DNA of 32,000 nt from Propionibacterium ruminifibrarum (GTDB taxonomy: Bacteria > Actinomycetota > Actinomycetes > Propionibacteriales > Propionibacteriaceae): positions 241,206-273,205 of the forward strand of contig NZ_OMOH01000002.1 in NCBI RefSeq assembly GCF_900289195.1. The letters are read 5' to 3'. Under the pieces are notes generated by a model, which made no database searches, was not told where the DNA came from, and worked only from the letters and a program-made list of their open reading frames with translations. Below are positions 20,549 through 30,106 of this stretch, one piece after another (the first letter of the stretch is position 1; every line of letters starts with the position of its first letter). A program made the translations under genes and the position numbers.

Positions 20549-23134
20549 TCAGCCCGCCTCGCCGGACAGGGAGGCGAGCACGCCATCGAGGTCGTCGGGT
20601 TTGACGAGCACGTCACGGGGCTTGGAGCCCTCCGAGGGGCCGACGACACCGCGCGTCTCGAGGATGTCCATGATGCGTCCGGCCTTGGCGAAACCGATGC
20701 GCAGCTTGCGCTGGAGCATCGAGGTGGAGCCGAGCTGGAGTTCCACGACCTGCCGGCAGGCCTCCAGGACCAGGTCGAGGTCGTCGCCGATGTCCTCGGC
20801 GACCTTCTTCTCGCCGGCCGCCGGAGCCGTCACGTCATTGCGGTACTGGGGTTCCAGCTGCGCCTTGACGTGCTCGACGATCTCACGGACCTCGTTCTCG
20901 GTGACCCAGCTGCCCTGGACGCGCTTCGGGTTCGCGGCGCCCATCGGCAGGAACAGGCCGTCGCCCTGGCCGACCAGACGCTCGGCTCCGGTCTGGTCGA
21001 GGATGACCCGGGAATCGGTGGCCGAACTCGTGGCGAAGGCCAGCCGCGAGGGGATGTTGGCCTTGATGAGGCCGGTGACCACGTCGACCGAGGGGCGCTG
21101 GGTGGCGAGCACCAGGTGGATGCCGGCGGCCCGGGCGAGCTGGGTGATGCGGACGATCGACTCCTCGACGTCGCGGGGGGCGACCATCATGAGGTCACTC
21201 AGCTCGTCGACGACCACGAGCAGGTACGGGTACGGGGCGAGTTCGCGTTCGGAGCCGGGCGGCAGCTGCACCTGGCCGGCGCGCACCGCCTTGTTGAAGT
21301 CGTCGATGTGGCGGAAACCGAAGGCGGCCAGGTCGTCATAGCGGTGGTCCATCTCCTGCACGACCCATTCGAGGGCCTGGGCGGCCTTCTTCGGGTTCGT
21401 GATGATGGGCGTGACCAGGTGCGGGATGCCCTCGTACTGGTTGAGTTCCACGCGTTTGGGGTCGACGAGGATCATGCGGACCTCGTCGGGGGTGGCGCGG
21501 ACCATGATCGAGGTGATCATCGAGTTCACGAAACTCGACTTACCCGAGCCGGTGGCGCCCGCGACGAGCAGGTGCGGCATCTTGGCGATGTTCGCCAGGA
21601 CGACGCGCCCCTCGACGTCCTTGCCGAGGCCGACGATGAGCGGCTTGTCGCTGTTGCGGGCCTGGGGGCTGCGCAGCACGTCGCCGAGCGAGACGACCTC
21701 CTTGTCCTTGTTCGGGATCTCGATGCCGATGGCGGACTTGCCGGGGATCGGGGACAGGATCGTCACGTCGGGTGAGGCCACGGCGTAGGCGATGTTGCGC
21801 TGCAGCGCCGTGACCTTCTCGACCTTGACGCCGGCACCGAGTTCCACCTCGTACTGGGTGACGGTCGGGCCACGCGTGTAGCCGGTCACCTGGGCGTCGA
21901 TGCCGAACTCGGCGAACACGGACTGCAACGCGTCGACGAGCCCGTCGGAGGCCGCCGTCCGGGCCCTGGGCGCGGACCCGGGCTTGAGCAGGCCGAGATC
22001 GGGCAGCGTGTACTGCACGTCACCGGACAACTGCAGTTGCTCGACGCGTGAGGGCATCTGGGCGTGCTCCGGTGCGGCCAGGTCCGTCTCGTCGTGGTCG
22101 CGGGCCTGCGCCCCGGTGGCCGGCAGTGGCAGGGAGTGCTGCTCCGGCTCCGCGGCGGGTTTCTCGACGGCAGTCGCGGCGGCGGGACCGGAATCGGCGA
22201 AGGCCTCCGCGTCGAAGACCTCCTCGGGCTCGGTGGCGGGCGGCTGGGGCTTCTTCTGCCTGCGGGTCCGGGGTCTGTGTTCCTCGATGATCGGCGTGTC
22301 GTAGGCCTCGTCGACGCCGTACTTGAGTGCCCTGCGCTCCTGGCGCGCCGCCATGGCCTTGTCACGGCGTTCCTGAGCGCCCGAGAACGCGTCCCGGACC
22401 TGGTCGACGATCTCGTAGACCGGCTTGCCGACGATGACGAGCAGGCCGAAGAGGGCGACGAAGAACAGCAGGACCCCGGCAAGCCAGGCGGGCATGAGCT
22501 GGTTGAGCATGGAACTGGAGATATACCCGACGATGCCGCCACGGGCCCGCATGCGGTCTGCGGCGGCGGGATCGGGCAGCGGCGACTCGGTGACGTTGAT
22601 AAGCCCCAGCAGGCCCATGAGGAACAGTGTCCAGCCGACGACCTGGCGGCCGGCCGGGCCGTTGGCCTCCGGGTTGCGCAGGGTGCGCCACGCCATGGCA
22701 CCCAGCAGGAAGGGCAGGGCGTGGCTGACGGCGCCGAAGACCGTGCTGAAGGCGATGCGTACGCCGTGGCCGAACGCCCCGGGCACACCGAACCAGAATT
22801 CGGCGGCGACGACGATGGCCAGGACGAGCAGGCCCAGGCCGGCGCCGTCGCGCCGCAGGGCGGGGTCGATGTCCCGCGCGGACCGGCCGATACGGCGCAC
22901 ACCGGAGCCGAGTGCGCCCGCAATACCGGACCAGACCACCCCGAGCACGTGGAGCAGCGGGTTCGGGCGTGATGCAGCACCCCGTGCCCGGCCCTTGGCG
23001 GACCGTGCACGGGTGGACTTTGACTTACTGCTCCCGCCAGTGCGCGTGCCCGCGGCACGACTCGACGCGCTTGAGGAGCGCTTCGAGTTGCCGTGGGCGC
23101 CGGACCGCGACGGGGAAGACACGCGGGTCGCCAT
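20549..23134 (-). CDS. ftsK: DNA translocase FtsK
   Basis: 861 aa with a basic N-terminus, four TM helices, a Pro/Glu-rich linker, a motor domain (LLVAGATGSGKS..., LLVVVDELSDLM) and a C-terminal gamma (winged-helix) domain. Confidence 0.95.
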   Translation of the reverse strand: MATRVSSPSRSGAHGNSKRSSSASSRAAGTRTGGSSKSKSTRARSAKGRARGAASRPNPLLHVLGVVWSGIAGALGSGVRRIGRSARDIDPALRRDGAGLGLLVLAIVVAAEFWFGVPGAFGHGVRIAFSTVFGAVSHALPFLLGAMAWRTLRNPEANGPAGRQVVGWTLFLMGLLGLINVTESPLPDPAAADRMRARGGIVGYISSSMLNQLMPAWLAGVLLFFVALFGLLVIVGKPVYEIVDQVRDAFSGAQERRDKAMAARQERRALKYGVDEAYDTPIIEEHRPRTRRQKKPQPPATEPEEVFDAEAFADSGPAAATAVEKPAAEPEQHSLPLPATGAQARDHDETDLAAPEHAQMPSRVEQLQLSGDVQYTLPDLGLLKPGSAPRARTAASDGLVDALQSVFAEFGIDAQVTGYTRGPTVTQYEVELGAGVKVEKVTALQRNIAYAVASPDVTILSPIPGKSAIGIEIPNKDKEVVSLGDVLRSPQARNSDKPLIVGLGKDVEGRVVLANIAKMPHLLVAGATGSGKSSFVNSMITSIMVRATPDEVRMILVDPKRVELNQYEGIPHLVTPIITNPKKAAQALEWVVQEMDHRYDDLAAFGFRHIDDFNKAVRAGQVQLPPGSERELAPYPYLLVVVDELSDLMMVAPRDVEESIVRITQLARAAGIHLVLATQRPSVDVVTGLIKANIPSRLAFATSSATDSRVILDQTGAERLVGQGDGLFLPMGAANPKRVQGSWVTENEVREIVEHVKAQLEPQYRNDVTAPAAGEKKVAEDIGDDLDLVLEACRQVVELQLGSTSMLQRKLRIGFAKAGRIMDILETRGVVGPSEGSKPRDVLVKPDDLDGVLASLSGEAG

Positions 23135-23198
23135 GGCGTTCAGGCTACTCTCCCTGCCGTCGGGGCTGCCAGCTCACGCGCCGGGCGGGGACGCGGTC

Positions 23199-24179
23199 TC
23201 AGGACCTGAAGTGCTCCCAGCCGCCGTCGGCACCGGTCCACGCGCCACCGTCCACGGTCACCTGGGGCGCGCTGTCCTCAGCGGCCTCGCGGACAACCCC
23301 GATCTCGACCCACTCGGATGGCACCGCGCCCGCGGGGAAGGTCGCGGCGAGCGCATGGTCCTCTCCCCCGGTGAGGACGAAACCGAGCGGGTCCTTCCCC
23401 GTGGCGGCCGCGACGGCCTGGACCGGATCGGGCACCTCGAAGGCGTCCGACCGCAGGTCGATGCGCACGCCCGAGGCGGCTGCGATGTGGCCGAGATCGG
23501 CGATGAGGCCGTCGGAGACGTCGAGCATCGCGGTGGCGCCGGCCTGGGCCGCCTGTCGTCCCGCCCCGTAGGGCACCAGTGGGACGCGCTGGGAGTCGAC
23601 GGCGGCACGGGGGCTGCGGAAGCCACGACCGAGAGCCGCCAGACCCGCCGCCGCCCATCCGAGTCGGCCACGGTAGGCGACGACGTCACCGGGGCGGGCA
23701 CCGCTGCGCAGAATGGGTTCACGGCCGACGGTCTGGCCGATGACAGTGACGCTGATGGTGACGTCCCGGGCACTGGTGGTGTCGCCGCCGACCAGGGTCA
23801 GCCCGGCGGCGTCGGCCTCGGCGCGCAGGCCCGTCGCGAAGTCGTGGACCCACTGCACGGGGAGATCCGCGGGGACGCCGAGCCCGAGTGTCAGGACCAG
23901 GGGGGTGACCCCCATGGCCTCGAGGTCGGCCGCGTTGACGGCTGCCGCCTTGCGACCGATCTCGGTGCCGCTGGACCAGTCGCGGCGGAAGTGCACGCCC
24001 TCGATGAGCATGTCGGTGCTCGTCACGGCCGAACCGTTCACGAGGTAGACGGCCGCGTCGTCGCCAGGCCCGACCGAGACGGCCGGTGGCATCGAGAGAT
24101 CACGGATGATGTCGGCGATGATGCCGAACTCGCCGACATCGGCGACGGTACGGACATGGGAGGACGGACTGCTCGGCAT
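23199..24179 (-). CDS. thiL: Thiamine-monophosphate kinase
   Basis: ...VADVGEFGIIADI...GPGDDAAVY...TDMLIEGVHFRRDW...GRKAAAVNAADLEAMG..., an AIR-synthase-related fold. Confidence 0.9.
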   Translation of the reverse strand: MPSSPSSHVRTVADVGEFGIIADIIRDLSMPPAVSVGPGDDAAVYLVNGSAVTSTDMLIEGVHFRRDWSSGTEIGRKAAAVNAADLEAMGVTPLVLTLGLGVPADLPVQWVHDFATGLRAEADAAGLTLVGGDTTSARDVTISVTVIGQTVGREPILRSGARPGDVVAYRGRLGWAAAGLAALGRGFRSPRAAVDSQRVPLVPYGAGRQAAQAGATAMLDVSDGLIADLGHIAAASGVRIDLRSDAFEVPDPVQAVAAATGKDPLGFVLTGGEDHALAATFPAGAVPSEWVEIGVVREAAEDSAPQVTVDGGAWTGADGGWEHFRS

Positions 24180-24218
24180 GGGTCAACGCTAGCGTGGTCC
24201 GGCCCGCGGCTCACGCAT

Positions 24219-24235
24219 GGACCCGCGGTGGGTCC
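24219..24235 (-). terminator. Short GC hairpin after the ddl stop (weak terminator candidate)
   Basis: GGACCC (24219-24224), loop GCGGT, GGGTCC (24230-24235). It lies 3 nt from the ddl stop. Confidence 0.25.
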
Positions 24236-24238
24236 GGG

Positions 24239-25360
24239 TCAGCGCAGCACCGTGGCGGGTCGCGTGAGCGCCTGGTCGACGAGTGCGTCGACCAGGTCCG
24301 GGTACTCGATCCCGGTGGCCCGCCACATGCTCGGGTACATCGAGTACGGGGTGAATCCGGGCATCGTGTTGATCTCGTTGACCACCACACGCCCGTCGGG
24401 CTGGACGAAGACGTCCACGCGGGCCAGCCCCTCGCAGTCGAGGGCCTCGTAGCAGGCGACGGCGATGGCCTGCACGCGTTCGGTGACCTCGGGCGGCAGG
24501 TCGGCCGGCACCTGCAGCTCGACCTGTTCCTCGGGCAGGTACTTGGCGTCGAAGTCGTAGAAGCCGTCCGCGGTGTGCATGACGATCTCACCGGGGCGGG
24601 AGGCCCTGGGTGCGGCGCCGGTGACGCCCAGGACACCGCACTCGATCTCCCGGGCACCCGTCACGCCCTGTTCGACGATGACCTTCGGGTCGGCGGACCG
24701 GGCCACCTCGATGGCCTCGGCGAGCCCGGCCGGATCGGTGACGCGGCTGATGCCCACCGAGGAACCGCCCCGGGCGGGTTTGACGTAGACGGGATACCGC
24801 AGCGCGTCGTTGACTCGATCGAGACAGCCCTGGCGGTCATCGCGCCACTGGCCCGGCGTGATCGTCACCCACGGCACGAGCGGCACACCGGCCTGTTCGA
24901 AGCAGGTGCGCATGAAGGCCTTGTCCATGCCGTTGGCGCTGCTGGCGACGCCGCAGCCGACGTAGCGCAGGCCGAGGATCTCGAAGTGACCCTGGATGCA
25001 CCCGTCCTCGCAGTAGGCGCCGTGCATGACCGGGAAGGCCACGTCGATGCGGACCGACTCGGTCATGCGGTCGCCCTCAAGCGTGGCCAGGCGCACGCCG
25101 TCGAGGTCCCGCACCATGATGGCGCGCGGGTGATCGCCGCTGACCGACGGCAGCCGGCCGTCCTCGACGCGGAAGGCCTTGATCTCATCGGCCTCGTAGC
25201 GGCGCCAGACGCCCTGCTGGTCGATGCCGACGCCGTGCACCTCGTATCGGGACGGATCGAACGCGCCGAGCACGCCTGCCGCCGTCAGGCACGAGACCTG
25301 GTGTTCACTGGACTGACCACCGAAGACGACGGCGATCTGGATGCGTTCTGGTGCACTCAT
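24239..25360 (-). CDS. ddl: D-alanine--D-alanine ligase
   Basis: MSAPERIQIAVVFGGQSSEHQVSCLTA...VFPVMHGAYCEDGCIQG...YVKPARGGSSVGISRV...EINTMPGFT... Confidence 0.95.
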   Translation of the reverse strand: MSAPERIQIAVVFGGQSSEHQVSCLTAAGVLGAFDPSRYEVHGVGIDQQGVWRRYEADEIKAFRVEDGRLPSVSGDHPRAIMVRDLDGVRLATLEGDRMTESVRIDVAFPVMHGAYCEDGCIQGHFEILGLRYVGCGVASSANGMDKAFMRTCFEQAGVPLVPWVTITPGQWRDDRQGCLDRVNDALRYPVYVKPARGGSSVGISRVTDPAGLAEAIEVARSADPKVIVEQGVTGAREIECGVLGVTGAAPRASRPGEIVMHTADGFYDFDAKYLPEEQVELQVPADLPPEVTERVQAIAVACYEALDCEGLARVDVFVQPDGRVVVNEINTMPGFTPYSMYPSMWRATGIEYPDLVDALVDQALTRPATVLR

Positions 25361-25441
25361 CGAGCGATTCCCTTCTGCAGGACAGCCCCCAGCCTATCGG
25401 CCGGGCCCCGGTCCGGCTCCCCGGTCGGCCGTGCGGCCCGC

Positions 25442-26239
25442 TCAACGCACTGCCTCGTCGGCCGGCACGCGGCTCCTGCGCCCGGGGTGCCAGCGTCCGG
25501 CAGGCGCCGTCGCGCCCCGGGCCAGCTCGGTCTGGGCGCAGATGGCGTCCATGATGCGCACCGTGGCCTCGCGAACCGCCTGACGGTCGTGTTCGCCGCG
25601 CCCGCTCAGGTCGGACAGGTCGACGGCACGACCCGCCCGGACCGTGACGTCGGTGCGCCCGATCAGGTGCGCCCTGCGCTTGTGCCGCGGCGGGATGATG
25701 AGGTTCGCGCCCCACTGCCCGATGGGGACGACGGGAGCGCCGGTGGCCAGCGCCAGCCTGGCGGCACCGGTGTGGCCCGCCATCGGCCACTCGTCGGGAT
25801 CGTAGGTGAAGGTGCCCTCCGGGTAGACGATGACGGCCCGCCCCGCGGCGAGCATCTGCTGGGCCGCGGCGAGCGAGCCGGCTGCCCGCACCGAACCGCG
25901 CTCGACGGGGATCTGCTCTATGCCGCGCAGCAGGGGGCCGAGGCCCGTGACCCGGAAGAGGTTGGCCCTGGCGAGGAAGTGCGGCCAGCGTCCGGCGTAG
26001 GCGGTGTAGTGCCCCACGACCACGGGGTCGAGGTTGCACAGGTGATTGGGTGTCAGGATGAGTGGCCCGGTGTCCGGGATGTTCTCCTGGCCCGAGTAGT
26101 GCAGCCGGCACACCGGCGCCAGCAGCGCGCCGGCGATGGGCGGCAGCGACGCGAAGAGCCTCGTCGTCGGTTCCGTGTTGGAGCGCCCCAGCCTGCCCCG
26201 GTAGGGACGCGGGGCCGGGGCGCTCAGTGCTGTTCTCAC
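25442..26239 (-). CDS. plsC: 1-acyl-sn-glycerol-3-phosphate acyltransferase (LPLAT family)
   Basis: It carries PNHLCNLDPVV (HX4D-type motif) and VIVYPEGT. The 5' part of track ORF 25442..26659 overlaps leuD in another frame. The first plausible start after the leuD stop is GTG 26239 (VRTALSAPAPRPYRG...), and its ribosome-binding site is weak. Confidence 0.8.
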   Translation of the reverse strand: MRTALSAPAPRPYRGRLGRSNTEPTTRLFASLPPIAGALLAPVCRLHYSGQENIPDTGPLILTPNHLCNLDPVVVGHYTAYAGRWPHFLARANLFRVTGLGPLLRGIEQIPVERGSVRAAGSLAAAQQMLAAGRAVIVYPEGTFTYDPDEWPMAGHTGAARLALATGAPVVPIGQWGANLIIPPRHKRRAHLIGRTDVTVRAGRAVDLSDLSGRGEHDRQAVREATVRIMDAICAQTELARGATAPAGRWHPGRRSRVPADEAVR

Positions 26240-26273
26240 CGCGTCAGGTCGTGGCAGCGGACCCCCACCGTCA

Positions 26274-26918
26274 TCAGCCGCGGACGTCGACGGTGGTGGG
26301 AAGACCGGTGGACAGGGACTGGATGACGTGTTCGGGGGTGGTCGGCTTGAAGGGCAGGCGGCAGGCCTCATAGGCCGCGATGTCGGCCTCGTGCTGCAAG
26401 GTGACGGCGATGTCGTCGAGTCCTTCGAGCAGACGGTGCCTGGTGTAGTCGTCCAGGTCGAAGCCGTACGACGTGTCGCCGGCCCTGATGGCGCGGTCGA
26501 CGAGGTCGATGGTGATGGCGCGGCCCGGCTCGTTCTCGCAGAAGGCCCACAGTTCCTCGACGACCTCCTGCGGCACGGTGGCCAGCAGCAGGCCGGCCTT
26601 GCCGGAGTTGCCGCGGAAGATGTCCCCGAACCGCGAACCGACGACCGCCTTGAAACCATAGTTCTGCAGGGCCCAGACGGCGTGCTCGCGGGAACTTCCG
26701 GTGCCGAAGTCCGGTCCGGCGACGAGAATCGAGCCGTGCTTCCAGGCGGGCCGGTTCAGCACGAAGTCGGGGTCGTCGCGCCATGCGCTGAACAGTCCGT
26801 CCTCGAAACCGGTGCGCTGGATGCGCTTGAGGTAGACGGCGGGGATGATCTGGTCGGTGTCCACGTTGGACCGGCGCAACGGGACCGGGACACCGGTGTG
26901 GGTCGTGAACTTCTCCAT
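26274..26918 (-). CDS. leuD: 3-isopropylmalate dehydratase small subunit
   Basis: [32 protein letters not shown]...[17 protein letters not shown]... Confidence 0.95.
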   Translation of the reverse strand: MEKFTTHTGVPVPLRRSNVDTDQIIPAVYLKRIQRTGFEDGLFSAWRDDPDFVLNRPAWKHGSILVAGPDFGTGSSREHAVWALQNYGFKAVVGSRFGDIFRGNSGKAGLLLATVPQEVVEELWAFCENEPGRAITIDLVDRAIRAGDTSYGFDLDDYTRHRLLEGLDDIAVTLQHEADIAAYEACRLPFKPTTPEHVIQSLSTGLPTTVDVRG

Positions 26919-26931
26919 GTCAGTGTCTCCT

Positions 26932-28332
26932 TCAGTCCAGGTCCGCCGGGGTGGACAGATGGCCGGTGACGGCGGTCGCCGCGGCGACCGCCGGGCTCAC
27001 CAGGTGGGTACGGCCGCCCTTGCCCTGGCGCCCCTCGAAGTTGCGGTTCGAGGTGGATGCACTGCGCTGGCCGGGGCTCAGCCGGTCGGGGTTCATGCCC
27101 AGGCACATCGAGCAGCCGGCGAAACGCCACTCGGCGCCGGCCTCGGTGAAGACACGGTCGAGGCCCTCGTCCATCGCCTGCTGACGCACCGCGGCCGAAC
27201 CCGGCACGACGAGCATGCGTACCGAATCGGCGATCTTGCGGCCCTTTATGACGTCGGCGGCGGCCCGCAGGTCCTCAATGCGTCCATTCGTGCACGAGCC
27301 CAGGAAGACCGTGTCGACGGCGATGTCGCGCATCGGGGTGCCGGCCTTCAGGTCCATGTACTCCAGGGCCCGGGTGGCGGCTGCGCGGGCCGACTCGTCG
27401 GGGAAGTCCTCGGGGAAGGGCACTCGGGCGTCCAGCGGCACGCCCTGTCCCGGGTTGGTGCCCCAGGTGACGAAGGGGCTCAGCGCGGAGGCGTCCAGGT
27501 GGATCTCCTTGTCGTAATGGGCGTCCGGGTCCGAGCGCAGCGACCTCCAGTACTCGACGGCCGCGTCCCAGGCGGCGCCGCTGGGCGCGTGCCGGCGCCC
27601 CTTGACGTACTCGAAGGTCGTCTCGTCGGGGGCGACCAGACCGGCCTTGGCGCCCCATTCGATCGACATGTTGCAGATCGTCATCCGGCCCTCCATCGAC
27701 ATCTTCTCGATGGCCTCGCCCCGGTACTCGACGACGTATCCCTGGCCGCCGCCGGTGGTCTCCTGGGCGATGAGGGCGAGGATGACGTCCTTGGGCGTGA
27801 CGCCGGGGCCGAGCTCGCCGTCGATGAACACGCCCATCGTCTTGTGCCGCGCCTGGGGCAGGGTCTGGGTGGCGAGCACGTGCTCGACCTCGCTGGTGCC
27901 GATGCCGAAGGCGAGAGCGCCGAAGGCGCCGTGCGTGGCGGTGTGGGAGTCGCCGCAGACGATCGTCATGCCCGGCTGGGTCAGACCCAGGCTGGGACCC
28001 ATGACGTGGACGATGCCCTGTTCCCCGTCTCCCAGGGAGTGCAGCGGAACGTTGAACTCGGCGCAGTTCTCGCGCAGCGTCTTCACCTGGAGGGCGGAGA
28101 CCGGGTCGGCGATCGGCTTGAGGATGTCGATCGTGGGGACGTTGTGGTCCTCGGTGCCTATGGTCAGGTCCGGGCGACGCACGGCACGTCCGGCAAGACG
28201 CAGGCCCTCGAAGGCCTGGGGACTGGTCACCTCGTGGACGAGGTGCAGGTCGATGTAGAGCAGATCGGGCCCGCCATTGCCCGACCGGACCACATGGTCA
28301 TCCCAGATCTTCTCAACCAGTGTTCGTGCCAT
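26932..28332 (-). CDS. leuC: 3-isopropylmalate dehydratase large subunit
   Basis: [15 protein letters not shown]...[19 protein letters not shown]...[24 protein letters not shown]...[12 protein letters not shown]...[10 protein letters not shown]... Confidence 0.95.
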   Translation of the reverse strand: MARTLVEKIWDDHVVRSGNGGPDLLYIDLHLVHEVTSPQAFEGLRLAGRAVRRPDLTIGTEDHNVPTIDILKPIADPVSALQVKTLRENCAEFNVPLHSLGDGEQGIVHVMGPSLGLTQPGMTIVCGDSHTATHGAFGALAFGIGTSEVEHVLATQTLPQARHKTMGVFIDGELGPGVTPKDVILALIAQETTGGGQGYVVEYRGEAIEKMSMEGRMTICNMSIEWGAKAGLVAPDETTFEYVKGRRHAPSGAAWDAAVEYWRSLRSDPDAHYDKEIHLDASALSPFVTWGTNPGQGVPLDARVPFPEDFPDESARAAATRALEYMDLKAGTPMRDIAVDTVFLGSCTNGRIEDLRAAADVIKGRKIADSVRMLVVPGSAAVRQQAMDEGLDRVFTEAGAEWRFAGCSMCLGMNPDRLSPGQRSASTSNRNFEGRQGKGGRTHLVSPAVAAATAVTGHLSTPADLD

Positions 28333-28384
28333 GCGGTCAGCCTAACCCTTGCCATATCAAAATTCGAGATGTTAGTCTCACTCC

Positions 28385-29110
28385 ATGGACAAAACGAGTG
28401 GTGTCGGCGTTCTCGACAAGGCGGCTCTCGTCCTCACCGCCCTCGAACAGGGGCCGATGACATTGGCCGAACTGGTGCAGACCACGAGCCTGGCCCGGCC
28501 GACCGCCCACCGGCTGGCCGTCGCCCTGGAGCATCATCGCCTCGTCGGGCGCGACCTGCAGGGCCGCTTCGTCCTGGGGCCGCGCCTGGTCGAACTGGCC
28601 TCGGCCGCCGGTGAGGACCGTCTGCTGGCGACCGCCGGCCCGATCCTCGCCAGGCTGCGGGACATCACCGGTGAGTCCGCCCAACTGTACCGCCGCCAGG
28701 GCGACATCCGCATCTGCGCCGCCGCGGCCGAGCGGCCCAGCGGGTTGCGCGACACGATCCCCGTCGGCGCTCAGCTGACGATGAACGCGGGGTCGGCCGC
28801 CCAGGTGCTGCTCGCCTGGGACGAGCCCGAGCGCATCGCCGCGAGCCTGGTCAGCGCCAGTTTCTCGGCGATGGCGCTGACCACCGTGCGGCGACGCGGG
28901 TGGGCCCAGTCGGTCGGCGAGCGCGAGGCCGGCGTCGCATCGGTCTCGGCCCCGGTCCGCTCCCCCACCGGCAAGGTCATCGCCGCCGTCTCGGTCTCGG
29001 GCCCCATCGAACGCCTCACCCGCCAGCCCGGCCGCCTGCACGCGCCGGCCGTCATCGCCGCCGGTGAACGTCTGTCGGAGGTTCTGCGTCGCGCACACGG
29101 CGACGAGTGA
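28385..29110 (+). CDS. IclR-family transcriptional regulator (LtbR/NdgR-like, divergent from leuCD)
   Basis: MDKTSGVGVLDKAALVLTALEQGPMTLAELVQTTSLARPTAHRLAVALEHHRLV... with an IclR effector domain. It holds the same divergent position as C. glutamicum ltbR, Streptomyces ndgR and Mtb Rv2989. Confidence 0.85.
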   Translation: MDKTSGVGVLDKAALVLTALEQGPMTLAELVQTTSLARPTAHRLAVALEHHRLVGRDLQGRFVLGPRLVELASAAGEDRLLATAGPILARLRDITGESAQLYRRQGDIRICAAAAERPSGLRDTIPVGAQLTMNAGSAAQVLLAWDEPERIAASLVSASFSAMALTTVRRRGWAQSVGEREAGVASVSAPVRSPTGKVIAAVSVSGPIERLTRQPGRLHAPAVIAAGERLSEVLRRAHGDE

Positions 29111-29126
29111 TTTCGCGTCCGCGCCC

Positions 29127-29696
29127 TTACAGCGCCGGCTCGTCACTGAGCAGGCCGACCGTCAGGTAGTAGGCGTCGGGCAACCGGGTTCCGTCGCTCC
29201 AGCTCATCTGGATGCCGAACAGCTCCCGCACCAGCTGCACGACGTCCCCGCCGATCGACTCGATCGAGTGCATGAGCTGCTCGGGGTGAGTGCAGGGCCT
29301 GCCCTCGAGACGGGTGCAGTGCTCGCACAGCTCGCAGGATCCCGCGAGCAGGGGCACCGATCCGGGGTGGGCCGCGCGGAGCACGGCGACGCGGTGACGC
29401 AGGCGCCGTTTCTCGCGGGTGAACATCGCCATGACCTGCGGCTGCAGCTCATCGGGGTCGAAACCGTTACGGCGTTGTCCGGCGGTGAAGGTGATGGTGC
29501 GGGTGATGACGTGGAACCAGCGTCGGCTCGTCCAGACCTCCAATGGATCGAAGTCGAACTCCGGGCAGGCCCAGGTGCGGCCGTAGGCGGGGCACTCGCG
29601 GCAGTAGCCGAGGAACCTGGGCACGTCGACGAACCGCTCGATGCACTGCGCCGTGTCAATCGTGCGTTGCTCGTCTCGGACCGCGTAGTCCAGCAT
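29127..29696 (-). CDS. DUF2284-like predicted metal-binding (Cys-rich) protein
   Basis: 189 aa with CRECPAYGRTWACPEF and GSCELCEHC...RPCTHPEQLMHSIESIGGDV. This resembles the CxxCxxYG....CP and CxxCxxC....RPSxEAxGIDV signatures I recall for Pfam DUF2284. TAGCCT lies 6 nt before the ATG. Confidence 0.6.
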   Translation of the reverse strand: MLDYAVRDEQRTIDTAQCIERFVDVPRFLGYCRECPAYGRTWACPEFDFDPLEVWTSRRWFHVITRTITFTAGQRRNGFDPDELQPQVMAMFTREKRRLRHRVAVLRAAHPGSVPLLAGSCELCEHCTRLEGRPCTHPEQLMHSIESIGGDVVQLVRELFGIQMSWSDGTRLPDAYYLTVGLLSDEPAL

Positions 29697-29753
29697 GGTC
29701 CCAGGCTAGGTCGTTGCGGACCGGACCCTCAACGGTGCAGCGGGGTGCACACA

Positions 29754-29780
29754 GGGGCCGGCCCATGACGGGCCGGCCCC
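29754..29780. terminator. Perfect 11-bp GC hairpin downstream of tRNA-Glu (terminator of the tRNA operon; possibly bidirectional)
   Basis: GGGGCCGGCCC (29754-29764), loop ATGAC, GGGCCGGCCCC (29770-29780). It starts 9 nt after the tRNA-Glu 3' end. Confidence 0.5.
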
Positions 29781-29788
29781 TGATCGCC

Positions 29789-29864
29789 TGGTAGCCCCGA
29801 GCGGATTCGAACCGCCGTTTCAGCCTTGAGAGGGCCGCGTGCTAGGCCGCTACACAACGGGGCC
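29789..29864 (-). tRNA. tRNA-Glu (anticodon CTC), CCA encoded
   Basis: The manual fold of GGCCCCGTTGTGTAGCGGCCTAGCACGCGGCCCTCTCAAGGCTGAAACGGCGGTTCGAATCCGCTCGGGGCTACCA gives a 7-bp acceptor stem, a 4-bp D stem, anticodon stem CGGCC/GGCTG with loop CT-CTC-AA, and a TTCGAAT T-loop. It is 76 nt long. Confidence 0.9.
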
Positions 29865-29961
29865 AGGATCATTGTTCACTTGTCCGGCCGGGATCGCCGA
29901 CCGAAAGGCTAGCGTCCCGCGAGCCGCGTCTCAAACCCGTCTCGGGCCGATGCCGCTGCTC

Positions 29962-30036
29962 TGGCTGGGGTACCAGGACTCGAACCTGGACTGACGGAAC
30001 CAGAATCCGTAGGGCTGCCAATTACCCCATACCCCA
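29962..30036 (-). tRNA. tRNA-Gln (anticodon CTG), CCA encoded
   Basis: The manual fold of TGGGGTATGGGGTAATTGGCAGCCCTACGGATTCTGGTTCCGTCAGTCCAGGTTCGAGTCCTGGTACCCCAGCCA gives acceptor stem TGGGGTA/TACCCCA, anticodon stem ACGGA/TCCGT with loop TT-CTG-GT, and a TTCGAGT T-loop. It is 75 nt long. Confidence 0.9.
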
Positions 30037-30076
30037 TCGACCTCGGCGGGTCTCCCCGCGTCGGCGACGGACCAGA

Positions 30077-30106
30077 ACTCTAGTGTATGCATGCACCAAG
30101 AATCAA
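30077..30106 (-). promoter_or_regulatory. Candidate promoter of the tRNA-Gln/tRNA-Glu operon
   Basis: On the minus strand TTGATT (30106-30101), an 18-nt spacer containing the palindrome TGCATGCA, then TAGAGT (30082-30077). This lies about 40 nt upstream of tRNA-Gln. Confidence 0.35.

Noticed and set aside
24011-24018. Exact TGTCGGTG 8-mer inside thiL (antisense); a similar exact TGTCAGTG lies at 26918-26925 across the leuD start
   Set aside because: Neither is followed by a TAnnnT-like hexamer at N8 (GGCCGA and AGTCCA respectively), and both lie within or antisense to coding or Shine-Dalgarno sequence. They are best explained by chance.
29127-30102. Genomic island integrated at tRNA-Glu/tRNA-Gln
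   Set aside because: There is no integrase or recombinase and no direct repeat of either tRNA 3' end elsewhere in the window. Composition and codon usage of the flanking genes look like the rest of the segment. The tRNA-Gln/tRNA-Glu pair next to the leuCD/iclR block is conserved actinobacterial synteny.
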